A stretch of 64,000 bases of DNA, from positions 39,743 to 103,742 of the IMG/VR virus record IMGVR_UViG_3300048850_000064; one strand, written 5' to 3'. The DNA is from a virus (Duplodnaviria; Heunggongvirae; Uroviricota; Caudoviricetes). Positions 45,876 through 54,370 of the stretch are shown here, piece after piece. The position numbers and the translations under genes are program-made. The notes beneath the pieces are model-generated. The model was not told where the DNA came from. It saw only the letters and a list, made by a program, of their open reading frames with translations, and ran no database searches. Within the stretch, counting starts at the first letter, position 1. Each line of letters opens with the position of its first letter.

Positions 45876-46845
45876 GCCAGCACCTCTGCCGTGGCGTCTA
45901 CAACAGGTCCACTTCCGGTCAGGCCAGAAAGACCATAGTTTACGCCACGGACAACAGATTTTATCAAGCCACTTGAACCATCAAGTGAATAACCAGCACC
46001 AAGGTTTTCCGCGGGTTTACCTCCCAACACCCGCAAAATCATTTCAGCAAGCGTCAACCCGTCTGACCCTGCAATCAAAACAGCGCTCATTTCGGCCAGG
46101 GAAGCTCCAGGGCTCGATCCGACACTCTCCGACGTAGAACGACGCAGAAAACTCGCAAACGCTCACCAGCGCGCTCCCTAGAGAGAAAACACGAAAGCAA
46201 TAAGGAACGAAGGCCAGTAAGGGCGAATAGATATCCAGAGAGCACCGGACCTATAGAGCCCGACAGCAGCAAGCGCATAAGGGAGCACCACGGTCATAGA
46301 GAGCAACAGAGAGCCCATGGACCTATAGAGCCACGGTTATAACCAATCCGCGAGAAAGGTAATAACGAGAGAGGGGATATGTCAGAGAGGTGTGTCTGCG
46401 CGGGAGGTTCCGCGCCACGCCTCACCCACATCCCGACCCCTCGCCCCTGTCCACCCCTTCCCTCGCCTGACCACGGACACCCTGAAGCTCCCGCCCTTCG
46501 CCTGTTTCATCCCATCGCGAACAAAGCTATACAGAGCATGAGACGAGCGCTTGTGTCCGAAGCAGCTCTTTCCGGCCGATGTCATTGTCCAGCCGGAACT
46601 CTTGGAAGCGTTGCAACCATCCAGGCGGACAATGGGTGCACCTTGGCCGGGCTCCTCGACAGAGGATGCTCGGCTTCTTTTTGGCGATTCCAGGAACCAA
46701 GGCGTATAGAGCCCCAGCGATCGGCCCATGGGTTGAGCCCGTGCCGGACCATGGTCGACCGAGGTGAACCGTGGTCTTTCTGATCGACCGCGGCTGACCA
46801 TGGAGTGCCGGAGATCGTTACGCCTGCGAAACGAAAATCCGGGAG

Positions 46846-46897
46846 CGTTTTCGTATAATACTATCTACTATCTAGGTATCTAACATCTATACGAAAC
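46846..46897. repeat. IR-flanked AT-rich element (CGTTTTCGTATA-N30-TATACGAAAC)
   Basis: Second copy at 61617-61671. Confidence 0.6.
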
Positions 46898-47075
46898 CAA
46901 GGCGAAAAAGAGTCTGGATTAAGACAGGCTCGCCACATTCTCCCTGGCTCATTCTCCGGCACTGACCACCCTTCCCGGCCCTATAGAGAGCCCATGGTTC
47001 ACCATGGCGTGCCGGCCGCGGCTCCCAGCCGTGCCTCGCCTTGCCGGAGCTCCGATTTGCCTGCCCTTGCCGTTC

Positions 47076-47126
47076 GCACGCCACGACAGCCTGTGCGATA
47101 CAGATCATGTCAGCAATGACTGACAG
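47076..47126 (+). promoter_or_regulatory. Class-2 motif GCACGCCACGACAGCCTGTGCGATACA followed by operator palindrome TGTCAGCAATGACTGACA
   Basis: Read directly. Confidence 0.45.
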
Positions 47127-47147
47127 CAACGCTCACGAAGGAGAGAC

Positions 47148-48008
47148 ATGATGAGCAAGCGCAAGATCAAGACCATCGAGCACGCCGTCGAAGTGATCGA
47201 ACAAGACACCGCCCCGGTTCTCGAGGGCGACAGCACCTATCTGACGCTCGAGGACCACAAGGCGATCATGGCCGACTACGAAGAGTTGGCAGCCGCCGAC
47301 GTTGCGACCGTCGCCGCCCTCGAGGCAATCGAAGAGGCTGTTGCCGAGCAGTCCGAGGAAGCGCCGGCCGGTGAGCCGGATCATCAGCCGAGCCTGCTCG
47401 AGCTCGTCGCCTCGGTCGAGCAGGATCCGGAGGATCTCGACACCGCCCGCAAGCAGGTCGCTGCCGCCTTCGACACCCGGGCAGACTTCGAGCGCAAGAA
47501 GAACCCGGACAACGAGTCGATCCAGACGAGCCTGAAGAAGAGCCGGGCGAAGCTGACCCAGGGGCGCTCGGTGGCGATCCTGATGTCGGCGGGTGCCGCA
47601 CCCGACTTCATCACCCGGTCGACGAATGAAGGCTCCGCCTACAACGTCTACGCGGCCGACAAGGTCGCCGACCTCGTCAACGCCTTGAACTCCGGCGTGA
47701 TCGGCAACGCCATCAACAACGCCGTCTGCCGCTCGCTCTTCAGGTTCCGGGCCGCGGGCGAGGCCTTCACCGGCGAGATGGCGCGTGCCGCAGCGTCCGA
47801 CAAGCTGCGTGTCCAGGGCACGATCGCCAAGCTGCTCGTCCGGCACACGGTGTCGCCGTCGACCGCACCGACCCAGGCGTCGTCGACGATGCAGGCACTG
47901 CAGACGCTCGGCATCGTCAAGAACACCGGCACGACGCGCGCCCCGGTCTATGCACTGACCGACAGCCCGGCAGCAAAGCGGCTCGAAGCCGTCGTGATGG
48001 CCGCATAA
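47148..48008 (+). CDS. Hypothetical protein (286 aa)
   Basis: gaaggagag RBS. Confidence 0.55.
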   Translation: MMSKRKIKTIEHAVEVIEQDTAPVLEGDSTYLTLEDHKAIMADYEELAAADVATVAALEAIEEAVAEQSEEAPAGEPDHQPSLLELVASVEQDPEDLDTARKQVAAAFDTRADFERKKNPDNESIQTSLKKSRAKLTQGRSVAILMSAGAAPDFITRSTNEGSAYNVYAADKVADLVNALNSGVIGNAINNAVCRSLFRFRAAGEAFTGEMARAAASDKLRVQGTIAKLLVRHTVSPSTAPTQASSTMQALQTLGIVKNTGTTRAPVYALTDSPAAKRLEAVVMAA

Positions 48009-48294
48009 CAAGAGGAGGATGAAGAAAGAGGCTCGCTTAGGCGGGCCTTTTTCGTGTCTGGCACGGGACCATGGCTTGCCCTGGCGCGGTTGCTAGGAAC
48101 CTTGGGCTTCCGTGGGCTCCGCCGACTGGAACCACGGGCGAGGAACCAAGACAGGCCCACCATAGAAAGCCGGTCCAGGCAGCCCGAGGCGGACCATGGC
48201 TCGCCGGGGCGTCGGGGAAGCCTCGAGATGCCAGCCGAGTGCCGTTCGAGCCTGTGCGACAGTTCTCATGCGTCAAGTGACGAGGAGACGAGAC

Positions 48295-48513
48295 ATGCGC
48301 CTGCCCGAATACGTCCACGAAGCCAACGTCGCCGGCCTCGAGCAGGCCAATGCCAAGCCGGTGAAGAAGACGCCGCGGCCCGACAACTGCCCGGAGCCCG
48401 CCTGGATCGCCCAACGCATCCGCGAGCTCGACGGCAATCTCAGCGCCCAGGAAGCCCTGTTCTACGCCCTGCCGCTCGAGGTGCAGGACGAGGTCTGGAA
48501 GCACCTGGCCTGA
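48295..48513 (+). CDS. Hypothetical protein
   Basis: gaggagacgagac RBS; class-2 motif at 48248. Confidence 0.45.
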   Translation: MRLPEYVHEANVAGLEQANAKPVKKTPRPDNCPEPAWIAQRIRELDGNLSAQEALFYALPLEVQDEVWKHLA

Positions 48514-48684
48514 CCCAGGAACCAGGCGTGCTCCGGCGCTCCTGGTTGCTCTTCCGGGCGACAGCGACCGTGGCAGACCATGGCGGGCCGCGGCTCCCGC
48601 CTGAAGCGTTGCCTCGAGATGCCACCCGACTGCCTCTGAAGCGCGTGCGATGACAGTGATGCAACGTAAACAAGAGAGAACGAC

Positions 48685-48840
48685 ATGACCTACGAAGTAG
48701 TCGAATACAAGAACGGCCAGCGCAAGGTGCACCTGTCGACAGACGACCGGTTCGAAGCGCGCGACGAGTTCAGGTGGCTCGAGGACCGCAAAGAGCAGCA
48801 CGACGCGACCATGGGCACGATCAAGATCGAGACGAAGTGA
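48685..48840 (+). CDS. Small hypothetical protein (51 aa) MTYEVVEYKNG...
   Basis: Hand-translated; class-2 motif at 48637. Confidence 0.35.
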   Translation: MTYEVVEYKNGQRKVHLSTDDRFEARDEFRWLEDRKEQHDATMGTIKIETK

Positions 48841-48847
48841 GGTGAAG

Positions 48848-49192
48848 ATGACCTACGAAGAAGCAGCCGCGGTCAAGACGCTGACCAGAGAAGAGATCGG
48901 ACAGCTCTGGTCCGCCTACTATGGCATCATACCGAACACCGAGGTAGATGACGGCATCGCTACTCCTTGGCGTCGCACCATGCTCGAGGCACTGATTAAG
49001 ACGGCGCCTCTGAGTTACAGGCGTGCGCTGGTGAACGTCGAAGGTAACGAGTTCACAGGCTTCTTTCCGTGGAAAGACGAACGCGACAACGACCGGCTCG
49101 TGCAGATCGCGATCGCCGACAACGACGAGACCTGTATGTGCGACGCAGAGGTCTCTGACTGGTCCTGGTATCTCTCGTCGAAAATCGACTGA
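48848..49192 (+). CDS. Hypothetical protein (MTYEEAAAV...)
   Basis: Shares MTYE start with upstream small gene. Confidence 0.45.
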   Translation: MTYEEAAAVKTLTREEIGQLWSAYYGIIPNTEVDDGIATPWRRTMLEALIKTAPLSYRRALVNVEGNEFTGFFPWKDERDNDRLVQIAIADNDETCMCDAEVSDWSWYLSSKID

Positions 49193-49527
49193 AGCAAGGC
49201 GAGCTCCGGCTCGCCTTTCGCATGACCGGAATCAGCCATGGTCCGGTCTGGTCCCGGCCAGGCCAGGCGGTCCCGTGGCAGCCAGGCCAGGAACCAAGCG
49301 CGTGCGACCACGGTCTTTCGGCACCCAGGCACCCCGCGGCCCTACCATGGCGCGCCCTCCCCTACCCTCAACCTCGGCAACCCATGGCTCGGCGGCTCCC
49401 GCCGGAGGCTCAGCCTGCGGCCGTAACGCGCCGTCACTTGCCGACCGAGCGCCTGATTTCAGCGTGCAATAGTGTTTTCGTGCTTAGACGAAAGCACGAA
49501 AGCAACGCTAATCAGGAGACAACGAAA

Positions 49528-49803
49528 ATGCTCAAGACCTCGACCCGCTTCTCGCCCTCGATCGTTCGCGCCGCTGAAGAGCTCGAAGCAGCCTGCGCGC
49601 TCTTCCAGATCTCGCCGAACTCGAAGCATGCCGAGTATCAGCCGACTCACAGCGACATGCTCAGGCACTGCTTCCGGCACGCTGCCGGCTTCGTCTCGCC
49701 CCTCGGCGAGAAGTCGATGGCACTCGTCGGCGAATGCATGCAGGCGCTCAGAGACGAACGCGTGCGCTCATTCGCCATGAAGCGCGCAGCACTCGCTGCC
49801 TGA
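49528..49803 (+). CDS. Hypothetical protein
   Basis: caggagac RBS; preceded by IR TTTTCGTGCTT-agacg-AAAGCACGAAAG. Confidence 0.45.
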   Translation: MLKTSTRFSPSIVRAAEELEAACALFQISPNSKHAEYQPTHSDMLRHCFRHAAGFVSPLGEKSMALVGECMQALRDERVRSFAMKRAALAA

Positions 49804-49820
49804 CGCGCCGGAGAGATCAG

Positions 49821-50000
49821 ATGAACCAGATCTTCGTTCCGGCAATCGACTTCAGCTCAGCGCGCGAAAGGCGCGCTGCAGCCGAGCGTGCGGCCAAGGT
49901 CAAGCGCCGGCAGTTCATCAAAGAGGTCGTAATCGACATCGTCGGCCTTGGCTGTCTCGCCTGGTGCGCCTACGTCGCGATCGACCTCGCCCTCTTCTAG
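49821..50000 (+). CDS. Small membrane protein
   Basis: ggagag RBS; C-terminal TM. Confidence 0.4.
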   Translation: MNQIFVPAIDFSSARERRAAAERAAKVKRRQFIKEVVIDIVGLGCLAWCAYVAIDLALF

Positions 50001-50167
50001 TCGACCAGGAGCTCGCCGGGGCTAGGAACCGGTGGGCTCCAAGGGAGCCGCCGGGCGGCCGGCAACGCCAGGAACCGACCGCGGCATTTCCAGGAACCGG
50101 CACATCCACGGCTCACCATGGCTCCTACCGCGGCTCCCGCGCCACGCGCGGGCCGCGCGCCTCGCTC

Positions 50168-50212
50168 GTAGTTACGCTTCGCGTGCTCGTCTGCGCTTCA
50201 AAGCGTAACTAC
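50168..50212. repeat. 12-bp inverted repeat GTAGTTACGCTT-N21-AAGCGTAACTAC at left edge of low-GC island
   Basis: Read directly. Confidence 0.6.
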
Positions 50213-50614
50213 ATCTCTAGCGCTCAATACGCGCGCAACATGCGAACGACGTCTATTTCGTCTCGCTTATAAACACGCGCTGTATAGCGCATATTACGAT
50301 TGTCTAAATAAGCAGCGATTTGTGCTTTCGCTTGCTTGCGCGCGCGCTCACGTTCACGCTTGCGTCTGACAGTTTCTGTCACGTCGATCGATGATTTAGA
50401 CATTGCTAAATCTTTCGCGCTGACGTCTGTAATAAGCGCTCATGCGCTTGCGCTTGTCGCGCTCACGCAATGCGCGTCGAAGATCGTTGTTTGCTTTGCG
50501 CGTGTTAAGCAGCGCTGCTTTCAATCTCAGATATATTAGCATGTTCTTGAATCTCGCTTTCGAGTGAAACGAAAGAATGACGCGCTGCAGAGCGCGTCAT
50601 TCATAAGTGACTGA

Positions 50615-51205
50615 TTATTGAGCGTAACGTTCAAGAATCGCTTGTGTCAGTTTCGAGTCTGTATTGAGCGCGTAAACGTCTTTCGTCGACGTTTCGCGCA
50701 AGATATCGAGTGCACACAATGCTTTCAAAGACATCGATGCTTGACGTTTTGCAGCGCTCACGATTGTTTCGCGACGTGAGATATACTTTTCTCTTTCTTT
50801 CGCGACTTCAATCGCTTTGTCTTTCTTGCTTGTGCACGACGCGTAAGCATCGTTGCGCGTCATCGTGAGACTATCACGATGCAGATTGATTGCAGTTTCA
50901 AGCACAGTTCTTGCATTGTCTGTCTTGATATTAGCAACTGCTTTGAAAGCGAACTGCAGATAATCTGCAGTTCTAGCAATCGCTTTCATGCAAAACTTCG
51001 AATTTACATTCTCGTAAGCGTTGATGAATGCAGAGCTCATGTCTTGCTGCGCAAGCAGCGCGACGAATTGTGTGCTCGCATAGACTTGCTTTGCTTTCTT
51101 CAACAGAGCAATTGATGCATCGCATGCAGTTGCTTTCTCTTGCGTCTCGAAAGCGATACGAGTTTCGATAGCAGCGACGAAAGAGTTTACAGTTTCGTTT
51201 GTCAT
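50615..51205 (-). CDS. Hypothetical alpha-helical protein encoded in low-GC island
   Basis: 196 aa minus-strand ORF; local GC ~45% vs ~62% elsewhere. Confidence 0.5.
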   Translation of the reverse strand: MTNETVNSFVAAIETRIAFETQEKATACDASIALLKKAKQVYASTQFVALLAQQDMSSAFINAYENVNSKFCMKAIARTADYLQFAFKAVANIKTDNARTVLETAINLHRDSLTMTRNDAYASCTSKKDKAIEVAKEREKYISRRETIVSAAKRQASMSLKALCALDILRETSTKDVYALNTDSKLTQAILERYAQ

Positions 51206-51783
51206 TGTCTTGTCTCTCTTGTTTAACGTTGACTGTTTTATTGTTGTTTCATTCTGTCATGTCGCGCAAAGCGCAAAGCGCTTGCGTCGAAGATGATCTA
51301 TTCAGTTGTCAAAGAGCGCTGCATTTCTGCAGTGACTCTTTCTTCGCATGTTTCTGTGTGAGTCGTCAAGTGACTTTATGCGCTTGTGACTTAAAATATG
51401 TGCTTTTCTGCGATAGCGTTTAGTTCGCTCATAGAGACGCATAGACGCGCGTTCTTGCTTGTGTGTCGCGAGATACTCACTTGTGCGTCTATCGCGCTCT
51501 ACGCGCTTGTGTGTGCGATTGTGCGTCTATCGCGTCTGTCACTGTCATTGCACGTTGCTTGCTTGTCATCGTCGCGCTGATCGTCGCGCGCTCGACATGA
51601 TCGACGCCCGATCCCTCCTAGAGAATTAGCGAAGTCTTAGAAAATGCGACGTGACGTGATCCGGATGCCGCCTGTCACCCTCGTCTCCCCGGTTCCTATC
51701 CACCTCTGTCTGTGGGCTGCCCAGGAAGGTCCGGATCTTTGCGGTGGATCGACGGATGGTTGGTTGCTTGGTGGTTGATGGTG

Positions 51784-51804
51784 ATCAGTCACTATTGACT
51801 GACT
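51784..51804 (+). promoter_or_regulatory. Operator palindrome ATCAGTCACTATTGACTGACT
   Basis: Read directly. Confidence 0.45.
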
Positions 51805-52016
51805 ACGGTCGCGCCGGCTACATTGGGCGAAATCGTTCTTGCACGAATGGACGAAGGCCCGATGCTCTACTTTACGATCCTGATGTTCTGCCTGCTCGGT
51901 CAGGCGCTGCTCTGCTTCGCTCCGCCCTTCCCTGTCTGCCACTGCCGCTCCTGGCGTGATCTCGTCGACCTCGAACGGATCCGCCGGCTGTTGCGTCGCT
52001 AACCCCTGAGGATCCG

Positions 52017-52253
52017 ATGGCGGAAAATCTGAAACCACCCATGACGGCCGAAGCCTTCGACGAGGCGGCCAACAAGGCTTGCGACGAGATCATCGCGGCG
52101 ATTGCCGCGGCCAAGGCCCGGTTCCAGGAGTTGCTCGAGCCGTTGCTTGACGAGGCCGAGCAGGCAGGCGTCCCGCCGCATCTCATCGCCTCCTCGCTGA
52201 TGGCCGTAGCGCGGCGCCTCAATGAGGCCGGTGAAGTGCTGCAGGCCGGCTGA
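52017..52253 (+). CDS. Hypothetical protein
   Basis: 78 aa. Confidence 0.45.
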   Translation: MAENLKPPMTAEAFDEAANKACDEIIAAIAAAKARFQELLEPLLDEAEQAGVPPHLIASSLMAVARRLNEAGEVLQAG

Positions 52254-52810
52254 TGACCACGATCTGTTTTCGCGCCGGGGTGATGGCGACCGACAGCCGC
52301 GCCTATTCCGGCGACAAGATGCCGATCGGCGAGAAGAAGAAGCTGCACCGGCTGTCGAACGGCGCCCTGGTCGGCTCGAGTTCGCGGATCGTCGGCAATA
52401 CCGATTCCTTTGCCGCCTGGTGCCAGGCTGCGATCGACGACGGCCAGGATCTGCCGCGCATTGCCTCGGGCACCGATTACGGCGTCCAGGCGCTCTTGGT
52501 CTGGACCGATGGCACGGTGCACTACTGGAACGACGGCACCACCTGGACCGGGCCGCTCGAGGCGGATTTCTTCGCCATCGGTTCCGGCGAACAGTTCGCC
52601 TTCGGCGCCATGAAGGCCGGTGCGACAGCCGAGGAAGCCGTCAGGATCGCCTCGGAATGCGATCCCTGGACGGGCGGCCGGATCCAGACGGTTACTTTCG
52701 AGCCTTCGTTAAAGCCCGAACGCAAGAAAGCACGAAAGAGAGCCGGGCAGGGGCCGAGCTTCCATCCGCGTTCGCCTATGGGTGCCGAGTTTGAGGAGTT
52801 CGAGGAATGA
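52253..52810 (+). CDS. HslV/proteasome-beta-like Ntn-hydrolase peptidase
   Basis: N-terminal MTTI, ATDSRA and FFAIGSGEQFAFGA parallel HslV MTTIV, AGDGQAT, IAIGSGGPYA. Confidence 0.5.
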   Translation: MTTICFRAGVMATDSRAYSGDKMPIGEKKKLHRLSNGALVGSSSRIVGNTDSFAAWCQAAIDDGQDLPRIASGTDYGVQALLVWTDGTVHYWNDGTTWTGPLEADFFAIGSGEQFAFGAMKAGATAEEAVRIASECDPWTGGRIQTVTFEPSLKPERKKARKRAGQGPSFHPRSPMGAEFEEFEE

Positions 52811-53004
52811 GCCAGGCTGCGATCCATCTCGAGCGCCGGCTGTTCCTGTCCGAGGACGGCGATGTCTTCCCGATCACCAATCTCTACGACGCCGAGGGCG
52901 ATGAGACCGACGATATCGGCGAGGCTGTCGCGGCCGTCGCCGGCACGGAAGGTCGCTGGTTCGCCTTCCGACTCGATGATTTCGAAACCACGCCCGTCAA
53001 CTGA
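52807..53004 (+). CDS. Hypothetical protein
   Basis: ATGA overlap. Confidence 0.4.
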   Translation: MSQAAIHLERRLFLSEDGDVFPITNLYDAEGDETDDIGEAVAAVAGTEGRWFAFRLDDFETTPVN

Positions 53005-53012
53005 GGTTCGCG

Positions 53013-53183
53013 ATGCTCGAAATACTCCGCCTGATTCTGCTCGTCATTCTCGAAGCGCCATTGCTGGTGCTCCTGTTCGCGCTGCTGGTGCTGATGTGCG
53101 CCTGCGTCGCCGTCATCATGCTCGTCGGCTGGCTCTTGGGCTTCGTGAAGCCGAAAAAGTGGAGCATTCCTTTCGCGAGATAG
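53013..53183 (+). CDS. Small hydrophobic membrane protein (56 aa)
   Basis: Hand-translated MLEILRLILLVILEAPLLVLLFALLVLMCAC... Confidence 0.35.
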   Translation: MLEILRLILLVILEAPLLVLLFALLVLMCACVAVIMLVGWLLGFVKPKKWSIPFAR

Positions 53184-53192
53184 CGAAAGCGC

Positions 53193-53381
53193 TCAGTCGT
53201 TCTTTCTGGCTTTCTCGTTCAGTCTGCGCGCCCATGCCTGGGCTTGCGGCAGGGAAAGCTTCCAAAGGAGCATGAAGCGACCTTCCACCTCGACTTCGGC
53301 CGGCCCGCCGGTTCTGGCATCGATCACATGCCATGATCCGTCTTCGTGCTGGCTCAAGCTGTATCGCGAAAGATCGCTCAT
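53193..53381 (-). CDS. Small protein, paralog-tail of ParG-like gene
   Basis: Ends ...NEKARKND like the 53394 gene. Confidence 0.4.
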   Translation of the reverse strand: MSDLSRYSLSQHEDGSWHVIDARTGGPAEVEVEGRFMLLWKLSLPQAQAWARRLNEKARKND

Positions 53382-53393
53382 GCCCGAATTCCG

Positions 53394-53648
53394 TCAATCG
53401 TTCTTTCTGGCTTTCTCGCGCTTCCACGCCTCGAAGGCTTGCTCGAGCAGGCCTTTCAGCTTCAGGCCGTTGACCGCGGCCGTCACCTTCATTTCGTGGG
53501 CGAGCTCCGGCGATACCTTGAAATTCAGGTCGACGTATTTCTTCTCGCGGATGTTGTCGGGTGCTGCAGCCGGCTGAATGGTCGGGATTTCGCCCAAGCC
53601 CGTCGCAAAGCCGGCACGGGCGCGAGGTCTGACGGGTGCCTTGGTCAT
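53394..53648 (-). CDS. ParG-like small partition DNA-binding protein
   Basis: 84 aa immediately downstream of parA, overlapping by 4 nt. Confidence 0.45.
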   Translation of the reverse strand: MTKAPVRPRARAGFATGLGEIPTIQPAAAPDNIREKKYVDLNFKVSPELAHEMKVTAAVNGLKLKGLLEQAFEAWKREKARKND

Positions 53649-54301
53649 GCGGGTGTTGCCTCCTGGTCTTCCAGTTCATTTGCGCGGGTGACGATCTCGG
53701 TTGCGAGCGTCTCGGCGCGTTCGTTGAGCGACGGGTGATCGGTCTCGGAGACCGCGGCGCCGATACCCTGAGCGTTGTGATAGCTGGTCTTTACCGGCAG
53801 ATCCGTCTCGGCATAGCGAAAACCGGCCGCGGTGATGAAGTCCTGGGCGTTTCTGAGCGCCGGCGCCGAGCCGATCGTCTGGTTGATGACGAAGAGCAGC
53901 CGGTCGCGCTTGACGCCCTTGGCGACGAGCTCGTTGGCAAACATCACTTGCGGCCGCAGGTCGTCGACCGAGACGCCGGTCGGAATGACGTTGAGGAGCG
54001 CCACCCGGGCCGCTTCCAGCGAGGTCGTGTCGGAATCGGGCTTGCCATCGACGACGATCAGGTCGTGGCTTTCCCGGGCAAGCGCCTTGACCGAGGAGAA
54101 CGGCTCGGCCGCGATCTGCGGCTCGAGGCTGTTGACCATCCGCAGCGCCACCCAGTCGACCGAGGTTTTCTGCTTGGTGTTGAAGTCGGCGATCTTCACC
54201 GACCAGCCGGCAGACGCATAGGTCCGGGCAATGAGCCGGGCGATCGTCGATTTGCCGACGCCGCCCTTTTGCGAGAGACAGGTGATGATGAGCGCGGCCA
54301 T
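53645..54301 (-). CDS. parA: ParA-family partition ATPase
   Basis: Deviant Walker A SQKGGVGKST; ~218 aa type-Ib size. Confidence 0.7.
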   Translation of the reverse strand: MAALIITCLSQKGGVGKSTIARLIARTYASAGWSVKIADFNTKQKTSVDWVALRMVNSLEPQIAAEPFSSVKALARESHDLIVVDGKPDSDTTSLEAARVALLNVIPTGVSVDDLRPQVMFANELVAKGVKRDRLLFVINQTIGSAPALRNAQDFITAAGFRYAETDLPVKTSYHNAQGIGAAVSETDHPSLNERAETLATEIVTRANELEDQEATPA

Positions 54302-54370
54302 AATTCGTTCTTTCGCTAGTTCGTGCGAGCCATATTTCGGGCAAGAACGTAAACGATTCGTTTAGGCAGC

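Noticed and set aside
46379-46801. ORFs (134 aa plus strand, 139 aa minus strand) inside the 1.2-kb non-coding tract
   Set aside because: They have no RBS and odd Cys/Pro/Arg-rich composition, and they overlap each other on opposite strands. They are more likely chance open frames in GC-rich repeat DNA.
51390-51560. Possible CRISPR-like array suggested by the repeated TGTGCGTCTATCGCG / CGCATAGACGCGCG words
   Set aside because: There are only 2-3 irregularly spaced, imperfect copies and no regular repeat-spacer periodicity. They are better explained as terminal repeats of the low-GC island.
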